The position numbers were made by a program, and so were the translations under genes. From Camelus dromedarius (Eukaryota), in the NCBI RefSeq assembly GCF_036321535.1, contig NC_087447.1, positions 45,696,001 to 45,760,000 of the forward strand: DNA of 64,000 bases. Reading direction: 5' to 3'. Below the pieces are notes generated by a model that searched no databases, had not been told where the DNA came from, and saw nothing but the letters and a program-made list of their open reading frames with translations. Numbering within the stretch: the stretch's first letter is position 1; each line of letters starts with the position of its first letter. Shown piece by piece: positions 13,772 to 27,522 of this stretch.

Positions 13772-14550
13772 TCGCTGGATCCTGTTATTTAAATCCATTC
13801 TGCCATTTTATGTGTGTTGATTGGGGAGTTTAAAACGTTAATATTTAAAGTAACTGCTTATAGGGAAGAAATTTCTATTGCCATTTTTGTTGTTTTATGC
13901 ATGTCTTATAACTTTATGTGTCCCTCATTTCCTCCCTTACTGCCTTCCTTTGTGTTTAGTTGATTTTTGTAGTGACACTTTTTGATTCCTTATCATTTAC
14001 CTTTTGTGTACTAAGTATTTTCTTTGTGGTTGCCACAGGTATTAGAAATAACATTCTGAAGTTATAACAATATATTCATAATTGATAATAACTTAACTTC
14101 AATCATATACAAAAGTTCTATTTTGTTAGAGCTCCACCCCCACACTTTATGTCACAAATTACATCTTTATATATTGTGTACCCAATAACATAGATTTATA
14201 ATTATGTTTGTGCTTTAAAATCCATTAGAATAATAAAATTTAAGTTATGAACTAGAATTGTGATAATACTGTTTTTTATTTTTGTATATGTATTTACCTT
14301 TACTGAAGAACTTTATATTTTTGTATAAGTTTCAGTTACTCTTTAACTTCCTTTAATTTGAACATAAAGGATTCCCTTTATTATTTCTTACACAGCAGGT
14401 CTAGTCGTGATGAACTCCCTCAGCTTTTGTTTATATAAGTATATTTTAATTTTTTTCCTCATTTTCTGAAAGGCGGTTTTGCCAGATATAGAATTCTCTA
14501 TTTTTTTCAACTTTAAATATATCACTCCACTCTCTTCTGGCCTATAAAGT
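13772..14550 (-). mobile_element. Continuation of old LINE-1 (ORF2 start / inter-ORF / ORF1 end)
   Basis: Typical antisense L1M text (atccattctgcc..., gcaggtctagtcgtgatgaactccctcagcttttg, gccagatatagaattct). Confidence 0.7.
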
Positions 14551-17340
14551 TTATGTTTCAAGTTGACATTGGAACAAAGTTGATGTATTTAATGAATATT
14601 GAATGTGTTCTGTATCATTTCAGTTTCCTTCAGGACTGTTCCTATTAGATGTTTGATATAATTAGATGGCTAATATAATCATATTAAAATATTGAGTTAT
14701 GGCTCCATCTGAAGCTGTAAGCCTAAGGGAATGCACAGGTAAATTGCTTCGTAAGTTAGGAAGTTATCAATCATCATCTACAATACAAACACTCCCCCTT
14801 CTCCCAATGATTCCCTAAAGACCTGTTTGTGCCAGAGGTCATTCCTGCTTATCCTCCAAGATTACCATGCTGAAGCTGCTACATATAGATGGTACATGTT
14901 TAGGTTGCTTCTTGGCCCTGAATCAGTTTCTTCATGAGCTAATTAAGGCTGTTATGAAACTAGAGAGGGATATAGAGAAAGAAACAGTCTGGTCTCAGTG
15001 ATCTAAGGAAAACTTTAAAGACCATGTGACACACTCAAACAACATCTTTTTATTTTCCAAATGATACAGATTCAAAAGAGAATATGTAATCCTTTGAAAC
15101 AGAAGGAATACACATTTAAAAAATTTTTCCATGGATGAAATGAATAAAAAACTAGATTCTAGGAAGCAACAATCTTTTTTTAAGGATATTTTAGAAGTGA
15201 AGGTTATCTCTTATTTTGACCATATTATATTTCAGATCATATAAATCTATCGAAGGGACAATATGGATACCTCATGACATTTGGACTCAACCACAGGTTG
15301 GCATTTTTAGGCAGATAATATCACAGGGATTATATTGTGTGTACAAAAAAAAGGTGTTTTGCAAACTAATGTATGTATTGGTGTGTGTGCATTTTTCAGT
15401 TCTATTCTTGTAATGCTCTGTATAGTATTTATACTTCCAACATATACTATTGAGCACCTAGTGAGTGATAGCCACTGGTTAGAGACTGGGTTGTAAAATT
15501 TCCTGTTAGTTATGTGATTACACATGAATGTGTAGGGACTCTTGTTTACGTATAGAATCTCATCTCACTTGAATCTCATTTGTAGTCCTTGATCCCAACT
15601 ACACTAGATTTTAATTCATTACATCATGATTGTCTTTTCTGATGATTATTTATGCTCCTTTCCTTTTCCTTTGTTTATGTGTGTGTGCTTGTGTGTGTAA
15701 ATAAGTAGATTTATTTAGATAAATGGGTAGATAGATATCATCTATATCTATACCTATATATTTATATTCAGTTCCCATAGGCTGAAGTCATATATGCTTC
15801 ACATTCTAGCCTAAGGGCATCTACTCAAGAAGCCTTTTATTGACTCACTAAACTTAATTTGATTCCTTGCTGTCATTTCTACATAACTCATCCTTCCTTC
15901 CCCTCTGGTGTAATTTTGCCTTATAAATTACTTGCTTAAAGTTAAAGTGTAATTACTTGTTTAAAGCTAAATAATTTTTAAAAGCCGTATTTGCATTGTT
16001 CAAGTGTTTTTCACTAGAATAAAGCCCAGAAATGTAAATGTAAAAGCCTAGGTAAAATTTCTTCAGTCAATGATATTTGGAGATTACATGTGTTGGCATG
16101 ACTCTGGAAAGCATATAAAGAGGTAACTCTGTGTTAGTTCTTATTATAGTACATATTATATTTATAAGAATTTATCTGAGCCAAGAAAAGTGTATTCTCT
16201 TTAAGAGCTGACAATAGTGCTACCCAAGAACTGCCCTGATGGGAAATGGGAAAAGAGAAATTTAGTAACCCAAGATTTCTCTGAGCCCTTTGTGGTTACT
16301 AAGAGTCTTTTTCTTTTTTAACCCTTCTGTGTCCTTTCTTGGGTTCAACTACTTTATCCCAGAAATTTTCTGCCATGTATATTTGACTGTCCATGGGAAT
16401 TATAGTAAGGAGTATAAGGAAATCTGCTGTACTCAATTATTGATTCTTCAGACATCATTAGGTCAATTTACCAATCCAATAAATAAACTGCTGTACATGT
16501 TTTAGGATGTGGGTTTCTGGATCAACAAATGAAGGAGCACAGTTAGGATCCAACTGCACATTGAAATGATCTAAATCTAAAAACAAATGAAGAAGACAAG
16601 GTAGTGAATGGGGTTAATGTTAAGAAATACATTATCCTTAGCAATATACATCTATTGGTTCAAAAGAACACAACATGTGCTTATTTAAAGGGTACACGAT
16701 AAAAGAATAAATGATGGGAACAATTTACTTCAGAATATTTTGTCAGGTTAGTTATGTAGGCACAGTGTCAAATGAAAGGCTGAAGTTATGGATTAGCTTA
16801 ATCCTATTCCAGAAATTATGCCAAAGACTTCAATATCATGTCCAGACAGGGAGGGACAGAGACCGTTTATCCTATTCCTCAAGTAAGAGTCTTTTAAGTA
16901 ACTCCCTGCAATTTCTATAAGACCTCTGCTTAATCACTTCCAGTTATGGGAACTCTCTCATATGAGAGAAATATTGAATGAAATCTCAGAGGAGAAGCAC
17001 AGAACTACTCAATAAATATTCGTTCAACTAAGTACATGTATGACTACAGATGAAATCTTTTATTGGAAATGAAGGGAAAAGGTAACTTATAGGTCTTTGA
17101 AATAATATGAAATGATAAAAGTGTTATCTTTCTGTACTTCTAAACACAATATTGGTTTGTTCTTAATTATCTGGTTGTAATGAACTTAAATGTGCCAGGT
17201 TATGAATTTGAGCTGTTTTTAAAAACATTATTAATGGCCCTCCTCAAGAAATTCTCCATTTTTCAGCATCTGGTTGTGATCATCTTGGCATAGCAACTCT
17301 TTCTTCAGAAGTACTGATAAAAAACAAAGGAAAGGCCATC

Positions 17341-18282
17341 ATGCCTCCTCTCAATACTTCTCGTCCCTCTCCTGCCACCTTCTTGCTGATGGGCATCCCA
17401 GGACTAGAGCACCTGCATGTCTGGATCGGGATTCCCTTCTGTTCCACGTACGTGGTGGCCTAGGTGGGGAACGTGACCATTCTGGCTGTGGTGAGGGCAG
17501 AGCGAAGCCTGCACGAGCCTATGTTCTTCTTCCTCTGCATGTTCTCGATCACTGACTTGGTCCTTTCCACATCTACACTGCCCCGCATGCTCTGTCTCTT
17601 CTGGCTCGGAGCCCATGACATTGCCTTTGATGCCTGCCTGACTCAAATGTTCTTCATCCATAGTTTTACTGCTATGGAATCAGGCTTCTTTTTAGCCATG
17701 GCCATTGGTTTCGTGGCCATTGGTCATCCACTGCGCCATTCCACCATTCTCACCCATGCGTGCATCACTATAATGGGTATCATTGTGGTGATTCGGTGGG
17801 TAGCCTTCTTTTCTCCACATCCTATTCTGCTCAAACAGCTGCCTTGCTGTAGGACACGAATCATTGCCCACACCTACTGTGAGTTTATGGCTGTCGTGAA
17901 GCTGGCATGTATGGACACAGGGGCCACCAAGAGTTATATCCTCAGTATGGCTTCTGTTATTGGCCCATGTGATGCAGTTCTTGTTGCTATATCCTATGCC
18001 TTCATCCTCCGTTCTGAATTCCGCCTGCCATCCCAAGAAGCTAGCTTTAAGGCTATGGGCACATGTGGGTCCCACGTCTGTGTTATTCTCGTCTTCTACT
18101 CCACCGCTGGTTTTTCCATTTTCACACACCGTTTTGGGAAACACATACCTGCACATATCCATATTTTTATTGCAAATATGTACTTTTCGGTGCCCCCTTT
18201 TCTCAACCCTATCATGTATGGAGTAAGGACCAAGAAAATAAGGGAGCATGTTCTTAGGACACTAATGGTCAAAGTTGTCTGA
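17341..18282 (+). pseudogene. OR52S: Class I olfactory receptor pseudogene, OR52S-like
   Basis: ATG 17341 ([34 protein letters not shown]), in-frame TAG at codon 41 (17461-17463), frame continues to 18282. LHEPMFFFL, HTYCEFMAVVKLAC, PPFLNPIMYGVRTK present; DRY motif destroyed (MAIGFVAIG). Candidate splice acceptor ttctccatttttcag ending 17266. Confidence 0.95.
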
Positions 18283-19514
18283 TTGTAGTTGGATCAATAA
18301 AAGAGATGGTTCAAGAATGCATGGAAGTAAAAGAGATAAAGTATAGAAAATAACTAACTGCTCCTTCTCCCACAAGCTGTATTGCATCTATCACTTGAAA
18401 GAACTTTTATTTACTAGGTATCTGTAAATTCCAAAAATTCTAATTCAATATGTCATTTTAGCTTTTTCATTTGTTAAAACTGGAGAACAGATTAATCTCT
18501 GTGTCTTTTGAAGGATAATTACAAACATAGACTGAAGAGTAAAGAAAGGGGAAAAAGAGAAGTAAACAATATATATTTTAAAAGAATTTTCTAGAGAACT
18601 ATATGATGAACAATATATATCTAGCAATTTGAAATAATTTCTTCCATGTATGTGGCTATAATTTCATAGAATAGATGTTGAATGTTGTATTGTTTTCTAA
18701 TGGAATCAAACTGAAGAATTGTTGTTTATCCACATAAAGGAGTAGGACTAATAATATATAAATAAAAATTAATATTAAATGAATCTCTAAAAAAACAAAG
18801 AAGCAGACATGAATCAGTGTGAAGACTGTAATTTTTAGTGTTATGTCTGCTCCATTTTCTAGAGAAATTTTGATAGAGGTGTAGTGTATTTTTTAAAAGC
18901 GGCAATATCCTGGAGTCCACTGACTGCTAAAATTGAGGTCATGCATTCCCATTTTCTTATAGTTCATAGTCAGTACTACCAAGTTACCAAGGTCTCATGT
19001 GTTGAGTTGGCCTCATTCATTAGGTGACATGGAAATGAGTATCAAGACACAAGATCTGAAATCTCTTATCAGACAACAACACTGAAATAATCCTTTATTG
19101 CCCAGATACCAAGGACTTACTTTCTCCTTTAGCTTATTGTCACTACCTTCCCAACTCTGTTAGCCATTTCTCTTTATTTAAAAATATATAACCTAAGATC
19201 TATGAGCATTTTTATGCTTTGGATCTGTAAAAATTTTTTTTTTTAATCTTGTGCTTTGAAACTTTTTACCTCCCCTGGCTTATTAGCTTTGGGAACGCAC
19301 ACCCATAATTAAACACATGAAGACTAACATCTCTGGATTCACCAATACTGTTTATAATTCAGATATGGGGAGAGTGTGAAGTTTTCCATTTTGGAGAACT
19401 GGAAATATTTGGTCATCTTTTTCCTGACTTCTTACTAGATGCCCAAGCTGAACATATCTTATTACTGGGGTAGAATTTAAACTTCAGGACATTTTTCCAA
19501 GTAATTCATTAGCT

Positions 19515-19750
19515 TATTGGTTAAGGATCAAGCTAACTCCAGGTTTTGGAGGTAGACTGCCAGGGATGAAGTTCAGTATCGTGTGCTTGGCTAATTTTAC
19601 TGCTGTTTAATTCCTCTTCACCTCAGTTTCCTAATATTTACAAATGAATGATAATAGTACCTATCTCATATGGTTGTGTGAGGACTAAATAAGACATGTG
19701 AAAAACATCAGTGTAGTGGCACAGAGGAAACACCCTAAATGTTAATTATT
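19515..19750 (+). mobile_element. MIR SINE relic
   Basis: MIR core-like cctcagtttcctaatatttacaaatgaatgataatagtacctatctcatatggttgtgtgaggactaaat. Confidence 0.7.
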
Positions 19751-20858
19751 TTTATTTTTCCCCAGTGATTATAATTTCCTATGTTTTCCAACTTTTGTTT
19801 GTTTAAAAATGCTTTAAGAAATGCCCATTACATCTTATTCAATGCCTCTACAACTGTGTAATATTTGTATTTTAATATTTATATAATGAATATATTTGAT
19901 TTTATTCCCTCTTAGCTACATATTGCTAAATCAAACAACTCCTCGAGAAAAAAAATTTTTTTTCTTTTTCTGTAGAGTATGTTGCTTATTGGTATGTTGT
20001 ACATTGATGACTTTATTAAAGCTTCTGGAAAATAATATAATGTTATTGGAGTTACAATAGTTACAAGAATATAGTAATCACCTTCATTTCTTCTGTTGAT
20101 ACAGTCATTTAATCATCCATTCGTTTATTTGTAACACATGTTCAATTAATACCTTTTAAACTGAATTAGACTTATTTGGACTAATTTTAATAACACTCAA
20201 ATTTATTCTTCTAGAATTATTAAGTAATTCTCTTTTTTCTTTCTTTTCCTTAAAGAAATTTGTATGAAAAATTCATAATTAAGTTATTTAGAATCCTTTG
20301 ATTTGGTATATATGTGGCAAACATTGTAAACTAATTTACTCGTCTTCTATGAGTACAAGGTTTCTGTGGCTTTCTCTGACTGCTCAGGATCTCCTTTCTC
20401 TTGTTTTATCATGCGAATTAAGGATATGGGATCAAATTAGGGTTCTATAGACTAAATTATAAAGACAACAGGCTGTATCATGCTTGATGGCACTTACATG
20501 CTCTCATACATGCTATTCTTTCTTCCTCAAATACCTTTTCTGCTAGATATCACTGTCATAACCTTCCCACTCCTATTTAAGGAACAGCTCAGTATACAAT
20601 TGAAAGAAGCCTCTTAATGTTTCTCTTTGCTAAATTATATTTATATGTTAGTAACAAGGAATAACAAGGATCTATCTATCAATATCATCACTCATTTTTA
20701 GCATTAGGATGGAATATAACTAAAGGTCATTTCACTGGTGACTTTTGTGTGTATGTTAAAATATACATAAAATAAAATGTGTCATTTTAACTATTTTCAA
20801 GTATAGAGTTCAGTGGCATTAGTACATTAATATTGTTGTGCAACCATCCCTACCGTCC

Positions 20859-21469
20859 TGAAGTGGGAGGAAAAGGGGCAGGGCACAACCGCTGAAGGAG
20901 TGACACAGCAATTGAGGGCAGGACAAACTGGTTAGAACCAAGATAGTGGAAGATTTGACTCCCAGTGGGCTTTGAGCCTCATGGCATACCCATGGGTACC
21001 ATGACAGTTTCTAGGCTGACCATAAAAGGTAAAAAAGTAGACAGGGGCAGGGGGGAGCATTTCCTGGAAATCCTTGCCTCTTCCCCAAAGTAGATGGAAT
21101 AATTCTCCTACTTGTTAGCATATGAAATTACCGAGCCCATAAAACCTAACAACTCCACACCTCGTGGTAGCTCACTCTCTTGCCTTCTGAGATGGCCTGC
21201 ACTATCTCTATGGAGTGTGTATCTACTTCTACTTCAAACTAAACACTCCACTCCACACCTCTCGGTTTCTTTCCCTCTCACCTTTCTGAAATGGCCCACA
21301 TTCTGCCTATGGAGTGTGTATCTATCTACTAAGCCATTTTCCCTTCTGAGTGAGATAGACCCCACTCTCTGTGAAGTGTGTATCTCTCTAAATAAACTTG
21401 CGTTCACTTTACCGTGCTTTGCTCTTGAATTCTTTCCTGTGTGAGGCAAGAACCTATTCTTCCACAACA
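20859..21469 (+). mobile_element. Solo LTR, ERV1-like
   Basis: Starts TG, ends ACA; AATAAA near 21390; internal imperfect repeats (ctctatggagtgtgtatct-like x3); flanks gtcc/gtac (4-bp TSD, one mismatch); interrupts L1. Confidence 0.8.
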
Positions 21470-21572
21470 GTACTTTTCCAGAGCTTTTTTACCTTCCCCA
21501 GTTCACACTCCATATCCATGAAACACTAACTCCCAATTCTCTCTTACCCACATTCTCTGGCAACTATCATTC

Positions 21573-22102
21573 TCTTGGGCAGTTAGAATAAGTGGGGGCA
21601 CTGGACAGAGAAGGTGGAGGAGAAGAAGGATGGCCTGGAAGTTGGCAATATGCCCACCTGCAGCATAAGGGGCTTTACATTCTCTTAATGAGTTCTAGCA
21701 AGTAACTGGGTGGGACAGCTGCAACTGCACCATAGCAACAATGACGTAACTGGACATGACTCAATGCTCATTGTAATATAATTAGCATTGCAATTTAGTT
21801 CCCCCTGTTGACTTTCCTTTCTTCATCATGGGTAAGAACATGCACAAAAGGGGATAGGAATGACTAAGCACTCCGGGGCAAGAGCTGTCAATCAACAGAC
21901 TGGCTCTAAGCAAGGGTGTAAGACAGAAGGGACAAAGACTGCCATTCTTTCTTGGATCAGCCCACCTTCTGCTCTTGGAGGGGTACTTTTGCTTTGCTAA
22001 TAAAATCTTTAAAATCTTAACTACACAATGCTTTTGTCTCCCATCTGAGTTCTTCTCTTTTGGGCAATACAAGAACCAACGTCTTCCCCTTTTGGGGTAA
22101 CA
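21573..22102 (+). mobile_element. Second solo LTR, ERV1-like
   Basis: 530 bp ending gtaaca, AATAAA near 21999, exact 4-bp TSD attc (21569-21572, 22103-22106); interrupts the same L1. Confidence 0.8.
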
Positions 22103-23811
22103 ATTCTACTACTGTCTTTATGAATTTGGGTTACTCTAGGTACCTCATATAAGTGGAATCATTCAGTATTTGTCCTCATGTGACTATTTCATTTAGCGTA
22201 CTATCAAGGTTCACCATGTTGCAGCATATGTTAGAATTCTTTTCCTTCTTAACATTATATATAGCTTATCCATTCATCTGTGAATGGACACTTGGGTTCC
22301 ATCATTTTGGCTTCCACCTTTTGGTTATTGTGAATAATGCTGCTGTGAACTTGTGGGGTACAAATATCTGTTTCAGTCCTTCTTTTCACTTCTTTTGGAT
22401 ATATACCCAGGATTGGAATTGTGGAATTGATGGATCATATGCTAATTCTACTGCCATGCCTTTTCACACAGCAGCTGCTTCATTTTACATTCCTGCTAGC
22501 TTGTGCAAGGGTTCTAATTTTTCCACATCCACACCAACAGTTGTTATTTCCTTTTCTTATTTTTTTCCTCCCTTCCTTCTTTCCTTCCTTCCTTCCTTTC
22601 TTTTTCCTTTCATTCTTTCTTTTTTATAATAGCTATCCTAATGGGCGTGATGTGGTACCTCATTATGGTTTTGATTTGTTATTTCCCTAATAATTAATGA
22701 TGCTAAGCATCTTTTTATGTATTTATTGACCATTTGAAAATATTCTTTGGACAAATGTCCATTCAAGTCCTTTGCCTATTTTTTAAATACAATCTTTTTT
22801 GTTATTGAAGTTTAAGAGCTCTTTCTAAATTTTAGAAATTAATTGCTTTTTGGATATGGCTTGCTGATATTTTCTCTGATTTTCTGGCTACCTGTTTACT
22901 CTGGTGATAGTGTCCTTCGATGCACAAAAGTTTTTCATTTTGGTGAAGTCCAGTTTCTTTATTTTCACTTTTGTTGCCTTTGTTTTGGTGTTATATCCAA
23001 GAAATCATGTCAAATCCAATGTCATGATTTTTTTTCTTATTTTTTTCTAAGACTTTTATAGTTTTACCTCTTACATTTAGGCCTTTGATCCATTTTGAGT
23101 AATTTTTTATGTTGTAAGATGAGTCAAACTTCATTCCTTTCCATGTGGATATCTAGTTTTCCCAACCTTGTTTGTTGAAAAGACTATCATTTCCCCATTA
23201 AATTGTCTTGGCATCCTTATAGACATTATTTCACCATATATGTGAGAGTTTATTTTGGGGCTCTTTATTCAGTTCCATTGATCTGTATGTCTGTCTTTAT
23301 GACTGTACTATATGGGTATGATTATCATAGCTTTGTAGTAAGATTTGCAATCAGGAAGTGTGAAACATACAACTTTGTTTTTTCCTTCTTCAAGATTATT
23401 TTTGGATATTTGGGGTCCCTTGAGATTTCAGATGAGTTTCAGATTGGATTTTTCTATTTCTGCAAAAAATATCATTACAGCTTTGATAAGAGATTGCATT
23501 GAATCTGTATATTGCTTTGTCTAGTATTGGCACATTAACAATATTAAATCTTGTAACCCATAAACCACGGGATATTTTTCCACTTATTTGTGTCTTCTTA
23601 TTTCTTTCAGAATTTTTACAGGTTTTATTGTACAAATTTTCATCTCTTTGTTTAAATTTATGCCTATTTTACTCATTTTGATGCTATTGTAAATGGAATT
23701 ATTTTTGTAATTTTCTTTTCAGATTGTCTATTAGTGTACAGAAATGCAACTGATTTTTTGTATGTTAACTTGTATCCTGCAGTTTTGTTCAACTTGTTTA
23801 TTAAGTCTAGG

Positions 23812-23849
<38 letters not shown>

Positions 23850-23860
23850 CAGACAGACAG
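23812..23860. repeat. Compound (TG)n(AG)n(AGAC)n microsatellite
   Basis: Seen directly. Confidence 0.9.
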
Positions 23861-26578
23861 ATTTACATATAAAATCATGTTATCTGTAAACAAAGAGAAT
23901 ACTTCTTCCACCCAAATTTGGATACTTTTTATTTCTTTTTCTTATCTAATTGCTCTGTCTCAGACTTCCAATACCATGTTTAATACAAGCAGTGAAAGTG
24001 GGCATTCTTGTCTTGTTTATGATCATAAAGAAAAAGCCTTCAGTGTTTCACGATTGAGTACAAAGTTAGTTGTGTTTCATATGTGGCCAGCCTTTATTAT
24101 GTTGAGGTTACTGGTGTGTTTTGCTTATTCCCTTTCTAATATTTAAAAAAATGATAACTAGGAAGATAATGCTCTTTCTATTAATACTATTTCTTTCTTT
24201 CAAAGTCACTAGTCCTATGTTATTATGAAAAGCGTTTGTGTTAGTCATAATCTAACCAGGAAACAGCACTTGTGTATTTAGTCAGGACATTTTTAATACA
24301 AGTAATTGTTTACACAAATTATAGAACTTCTGAGAAGCCAAAATGTTTGACAGTGAAGACTCCCAGATATCAGAAATAACAAGAGACCACACCAACTCAA
24401 GGCCAGCAAAACAGAGAGGCACTAGTAGTTTATCATATCACAGAGATAAGAGTCTCCTGGGTGAAGCTAAGACCATGGAAATCCCTTCTGGCAGAATTTG
24501 GAACCATAGAGTAGATGCAGTTGAGGTAAGTGAGAAATAGGGAGAAATATTTGGCTTTTCCTTGCTCTTTTCTAATATTTTCCTTGCAATGTCCCTACTG
24601 AAAAAAACTCAGCAAAAGTATAGATGATCTGTGATTCCTGAGAAATATGGCTGGTAAAAGTCCACCCCTCTTGAAATACAGAGCAGAAGAGAAGAATGAG
24701 GAGGAACATATCTGTAGAAAAGCATATCCAATCTTTGTATAAAATCCCAACCAAAGCACAAATAATGATGCTTCCATACATGGAGATAATGCATACCCTT
24801 TCCTTGCAACAAATAAGTTCAGGGTGATGCAGGAGTAGGAACATGACTACATAATGTCCTGGAGCTTTAATTGTTTTTCAGAAGTAAATCTAATTTGGGT
24901 GAGTTACTTAACAGTATCTTGAGGCATGTGGGGATATTAATCTGATGACCCCGATTGATTCATAAAATTGTCCCTCCATGATATCTTCCACTGCCAGCTC
25001 TCATCATGTAGATTGTAAGAAAGCATTTAGTTCACTGCATTTGCACATGCTTCACGTACAATAAATTTACTATCTCACAACCTGTAGTGGAGATCATCTC
25101 CTATTGATTTCTAAGCTCAGAGCTCAGATAGCATGGAGACCACAAGATAGCAAATTGTGCTTGAAGACACTGGGAGAGATTAGTGAAACTGCCTATGATC
25201 AGACAGCATTCTCATGAGAGGCTGTATCTAGGCACCTGCTATAGATACAGCCGTATTATGTTAAGCCTCAGGCTGAGCAATGAGACCATCTAGTTGTAGA
25301 GGTAAGATAATCAGATTATAGGCAGGAGAATTGTGGCTGAGGTAGGAAGGGAGAATTCAGTGCTTTCACAAGAAAGGAATGGTAGAGCCTAGGATGAAGG
25401 TTCTAGTAGTGAAGACTTAGCCCATGAAGTTGTCTGAAAGATGGCTCAACTTCTTAACTTGATAAAAAATAATGTAAAAGAAAGATTAACTTAAATATTT
25501 AAGCTGAAATAATTTTTTTATTAACCTATCCGTAGAATTTAGTCCTGAACTATATTGATCAAAACCTTATTTTTGATGAAACTTTGTTTTATTCAGACTA
25601 AACAGATGCCTCATATTATATAAGCTTAGCATACATTGATATTTGAACAAAGTAATGATTTATCAATTTAAAATAATTCAGTATTGTTAGAATACCTTTC
25701 CAAATTAATTGTTCAAACTTCTGAGGCAGGCTTTCCGTAAGCTGGTATCTGGGAGCCAGAGTTGCATTTAAATGTTTACTTGGAAAGCAAAAATCAGTGT
25801 CAAGTGCACTGTGTGACTAAAGAATATATTATATACTTTCTGGAAGAGTTTTATTGATCATTCACAGTAGAGCACAAATATCTAGTAACCTGAACACCCA
25901 TGTTTTCCAGACTGAGTCATTTGTTCTATTGGCGTATCTTTGCAAAATGATGATTTTTTATCATTCATTGTGGATGATTTTATGCAGATGAGTCTTGTCT
26001 TTATCAACTCAATGACTCTTCATTCAGTGTAAGACCCATTTTATTCACATTTCTTCATTGCCTTAATTGTTCTTTACTATTTCCCTGGTCTCCTTTTCCT
26101 TATATCTACAAGCCGTATCAGTGGGAGTAGGGTTAGAGGGGTTAAATATACAAATGGCTGATCTCATCCATGATGGTTGGACTTTTAGTTTTTTGACTGT
26201 TTCAGATGGTAGAAAATTATATCTCCATACTTAGCAATATATCAACTACTATCTCTGTAATGCTATATAATATTACTAAAATGTATCTAACCAACTGGAC
26301 AACAGTTCCTGAAAAAAAAAGGCAAGGAGAGATGGAGAAAAAGAGAAAGAAAGAGAGAGAGTACCTTTGTACAATTTTTTCTTACCCCCCCAAAGCATGG
26401 TGTATTTGATGAGTTGAAAGATTGTATTACTGAAGGATTCATTCAATAGCTAGTTGTGTGTTACTGGTTGTCAACATCTCTCCCAGATTATAATAATGAA
26501 ATAAATTGGTCTTCATATGTTTGTAATCTTTGTGATTTTTAATTTGGATAGGACCATGGAATAGCCATTGTCTGGATA

Positions 26579-27522
26579 ATGGTAGGCTACAACAGGACAA
26601 GTCTTCAACTTACCACCTTCCTACTGCTTGGCATTCCAGGGTTGGAGGCTGCCCACATATGGATCTCCATCCCTTTCTGTCTGATCTACCTGCTATCATT
26701 GATGGGAAACATCATCCTCTTATTAACTGTCAAGACAGATTGCAAACTGCATGAACCTGTGTACCTCTTTCTGTGCATGCTTTCAGTTGCTGATTTGATG
26801 CTTACTTCTTCCACACTTCCCAAAATACTCAGTCTCTTCTGGTTCAATGACAGAGAGATCTACTTTGAAGCCTGCCTTACTCAGATGTATTTTATACATT
26901 CTCTGTATACTATGGAATCTGGATTTATCTTGGCCATGGCTTTTGACCGTTATGTAGCCATCTGCCACCCACTGAGACATTCCACTATCTTAACACCTGC
27001 AGTGATTGTAGGCTTGGGTTTGCTCATTGTCTTCAGAGGAACTGTACTCCTCAGTCCACACCCTTTCCTACTGAGGTGGCTTTCCTACTGCAAAACTAAT
27101 GTCATCTCCCATACTTACTGTGAGTTTATGGCCCTGATAAAGCTGGTTTGCACTGAGACTAAGATTCATAGAGCCTACAGCCTAATTGTGGCATTCTTGA
27201 CAGGGGATTGGATTTCATTTTGATCATCTGTTCCTATGTCCTTATTCTTCTCACTGTCTTTAGTCTCCCATCCAAAGCAGCTCGCCTCAAGACCCTGAGT
27301 ACCTGTGTCTCCCATGTATGGGTCATTTTGGTGTTTTATACACCGGCCTTTTTCTCTTTTCTCACTCATAGGTTTGGTCACCACATTGCTCCACATATCC
27401 ACATTTTTATAGCCAATATATACCTTCTTATTCCACCCATGATGAATCCTATTATTTATGGTGTTAAAACCAAAAGAATCAGGGAGGGATTCTTTAAGTC
27501 CCTAATGATCAAATGTATTTGA
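26579..27522 (+). pseudogene. OR52Z: Class I olfactory receptor, OR52Z-like, with single 1-bp frameshift
   Basis: [28 protein letters not shown]..., MAFDRYVAIC, HTYCEFMALIKL; frame shifts at G4 run 27203-27206 (adding one G restores TGGLDFIL); second frame ends [14 protein letters not shown]...KCI stop at 27522. Span 944 = 3n-1. Confidence 0.92.

Larger units (their letters stand above)
20744..24110 (-). mobile_element. Old LINE-1 3' portion (3' UTR plus ORF2 end), interrupted by two solo LTRs
   Basis: Antisense L1M 3' UTR text and ORF2-like peptide RFNIVNVPILDKAIYRFNAI (23396-23635). Confidence 0.85.

Noticed and set aside
17404..18249. Antisense ORFs over OR genes (also 6369, 7036, 26783, 37310, 45802, 57272, 57581)
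   Set aside because: Shadow frames of OR coding sequence; no independent protein features.
17464..18282. 272-aa ORF as an intact gene
   Set aside because: Starts at GTG directly after an in-frame TAG within the OR frame; DRY motif lost.
26556..26564. Strong-Kozak micro-uORF (ATG GAA TAG) before the OR52Z-like start
   Set aside because: uORFs are common in OR leaders and exon inclusion cannot be established from sequence alone.
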